From the NCBI RefSeq assembly GCF_001194135.2, contig NC_068982.1, positions 48,621,308-48,685,307 of the forward strand: DNA of 64,000 nt. The letters are read 5' to 3'. Source of the DNA: Octopus bimaculoides (taxonomy: Eukaryota). Under the pieces are notes generated by a model. That model did not search any database and was not told the DNA's origin. It was given only the letters and a program-made list of their open reading frames with translations. Of the stretch, positions 62,600-64,000 are shown piece by piece. Position 1 is the first letter of the stretch. Each line of letters starts with the position of its first letter. Position numbers and translations under genes: made by a program.

Positions 62600-62746
62600 T
62601 GAATATTTCTTAGGAAGTTTTCAGATGGCAACAATACTTAGAACAACTCATGTGTTGAAGAAAGTGTTGTGCCTCTAAGCTGCAAGATTGAGCTGGAATG
62701 TGACATAGATAAATCAGTAAAGTAAATAGAAAGAATGATAATAATG
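62600..62746 (+). mobile_element. Second, shorter R4/Dong-type 3' fragment of a different subfamily
   Basis: QMATILRTTHVLKKVLCL* at 62622-62678, then a different short UTR ending GATAATAAT. Confidence 0.6.
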
Positions 62747-63321
62747 TATTGCAGGGATATAATATTGAAGACATGTGCAAAAAGTGAAATAGTTTATTGA
62801 ATACTTCCGTTCTTTAAATTCTCTCATTGTTGAATAGTTTTCTTCTTTATTTTCTGTATAAACTTAAACAATCAAGTGATTGAAAGGTTGGATTTTATAT
62901 GCTGGTCTTGTGAAGCAGAAGAGTTAAAGCAAATAAGGGAGACAAGCATGACTATCCAAATTTCAACACTTTGTTTGGAATGTTTATGTTTGTATTGAAA
63001 GAAATGGAAAAATAATGTGAGAATTTAACAAACACTGTATTTGGTAAATAAACTATTTTAAGTTTTTACTTATGTTTTTATTCACTAAAATACATCTTTA
63101 TTACTTTTGTAAGCAAATACGCTCATATCTTGCATGCCTTTGTTATTTTGTGATAGTATAATAATAATAAAAAAAGTAAATGGTATATGTTTCTCAATAA
63201 AACCCATTTTCAAACTGTAAATAAACGTTTTCAAGACCATTTTCCATTTTTTTAAACCCTAAAATAGTGATTCTGATATAGCATAATAAAAAGAGCAAAT
63301 GCAGTTCTCAAATAAACTACC

Positions 63322-63550
63322 TTAACCCACTCACATTCAGATTTCTCTGTCATATATAGATCTTATTCAGTCACATTGCTTTGAATTAATCATACATTTT
63401 CTTGTATTACCAAGATTTTGAAGATACGACTGTTTAATTTTAGAATGACATTGTAGGATAGGTGTGAGAGGCTAGATCTAGCTGTTTTCAACATATAACA
63501 GGTAGAATATTTGGGCTGGATATGGCTAGTTTAAATACTAAAGAGCTAAA
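63322..63550. mobile_element. piggyBac-type MITE
   Basis: TTAACCC start; body matches 47141-47365; decayed right end TACTAAAGAGCTAA. Confidence 0.72.
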
Positions 63551-63685
63551 GCTACAATTTTGTTTTTAAATAATTACTCTGATAAAGCAAAATAAAAAAA
63601 AAGTAAACGTTAAATATTTCTCAAATAAACTCTTTTTTAAGACTGTAAAGAAATATCTTTTAAGGCTGATTTTCATACTTTATCC

Positions 63686-63885
63686 TTAATCCTTTAGCAT
63701 TTCATATTGAGCCATATCGAGCCTGAATACTTTACCTGTTTTATGTTCAGACCAACCAGATACACACCTACCTTACAATGTAATTCTAAAACTAAACCAT
63801 TACATCATAGAAATTTCAAAGCTATGAGATAATACATGATTAATTCAAAACACTGTAAATAAATAAGCATTAGATTCGATAGAGT
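63686..63885. mobile_element. piggyBac-type MITE, opposite orientation, right end missing
   Basis: TTAATCCTTTAGCATT start; body matches 26953-27175 and 59245-59472. Confidence 0.7.
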
Positions 63886-64000
63886 ATTATAAAATTCAGT
63901 GGCCTGTGTGTTTGGTCTTTCAAGCATTGTTTTTTATATTGTAGATTATTTAATGAATGCCTTATCAAACAAGTTCTGTTGTGTCTGGGGATAGTCTTTT

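Overview
AT-rich eukaryotic genomic DNA. The microsatellite load and the repeat families look like a coleoid cephalopod (Octopus-like); this is inferred from recognising repeats, not from a search. Six N-gaps all abut (TA)n or related microsatellites. No host protein-coding gene could be assembled, and almost all ORFs in the supplied track are translations of microsatellites or N-runs. The window is a transposon graveyard: an RTE LINE RT fragment open to the window edge (2-313), RTE 3' ends, R4/Dong-type REL-endonuclease fragments, a decayed Penelope-like (PLE) RT, a maT/DD37D Tc1-mariner with both TIRs, a DD34D mariner relic, a SPIN/Buster-type hAT relic, a possible pogo/Tigger relic, TTAA-flanked piggyBac-type MITEs, a Helitron-like non-autonomous element with a higher-order 10-bp minisatellite, and many tRNA-derived SINEs of at least three families. 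The most striking signal is structural RNA. Several minimal type I hammerhead ribozyme motifs with palindromic stem III occur (435-482, 53446-53507, 58272-58320). A 335-bp near-perfect palindrome (54278-54612) carries a complete hammerhead on each strand and sits between two Helitron-type 3' termini. A separate 40-bp hairpin stem whose substitutions are G.U-compatible lies at 24194-24303.
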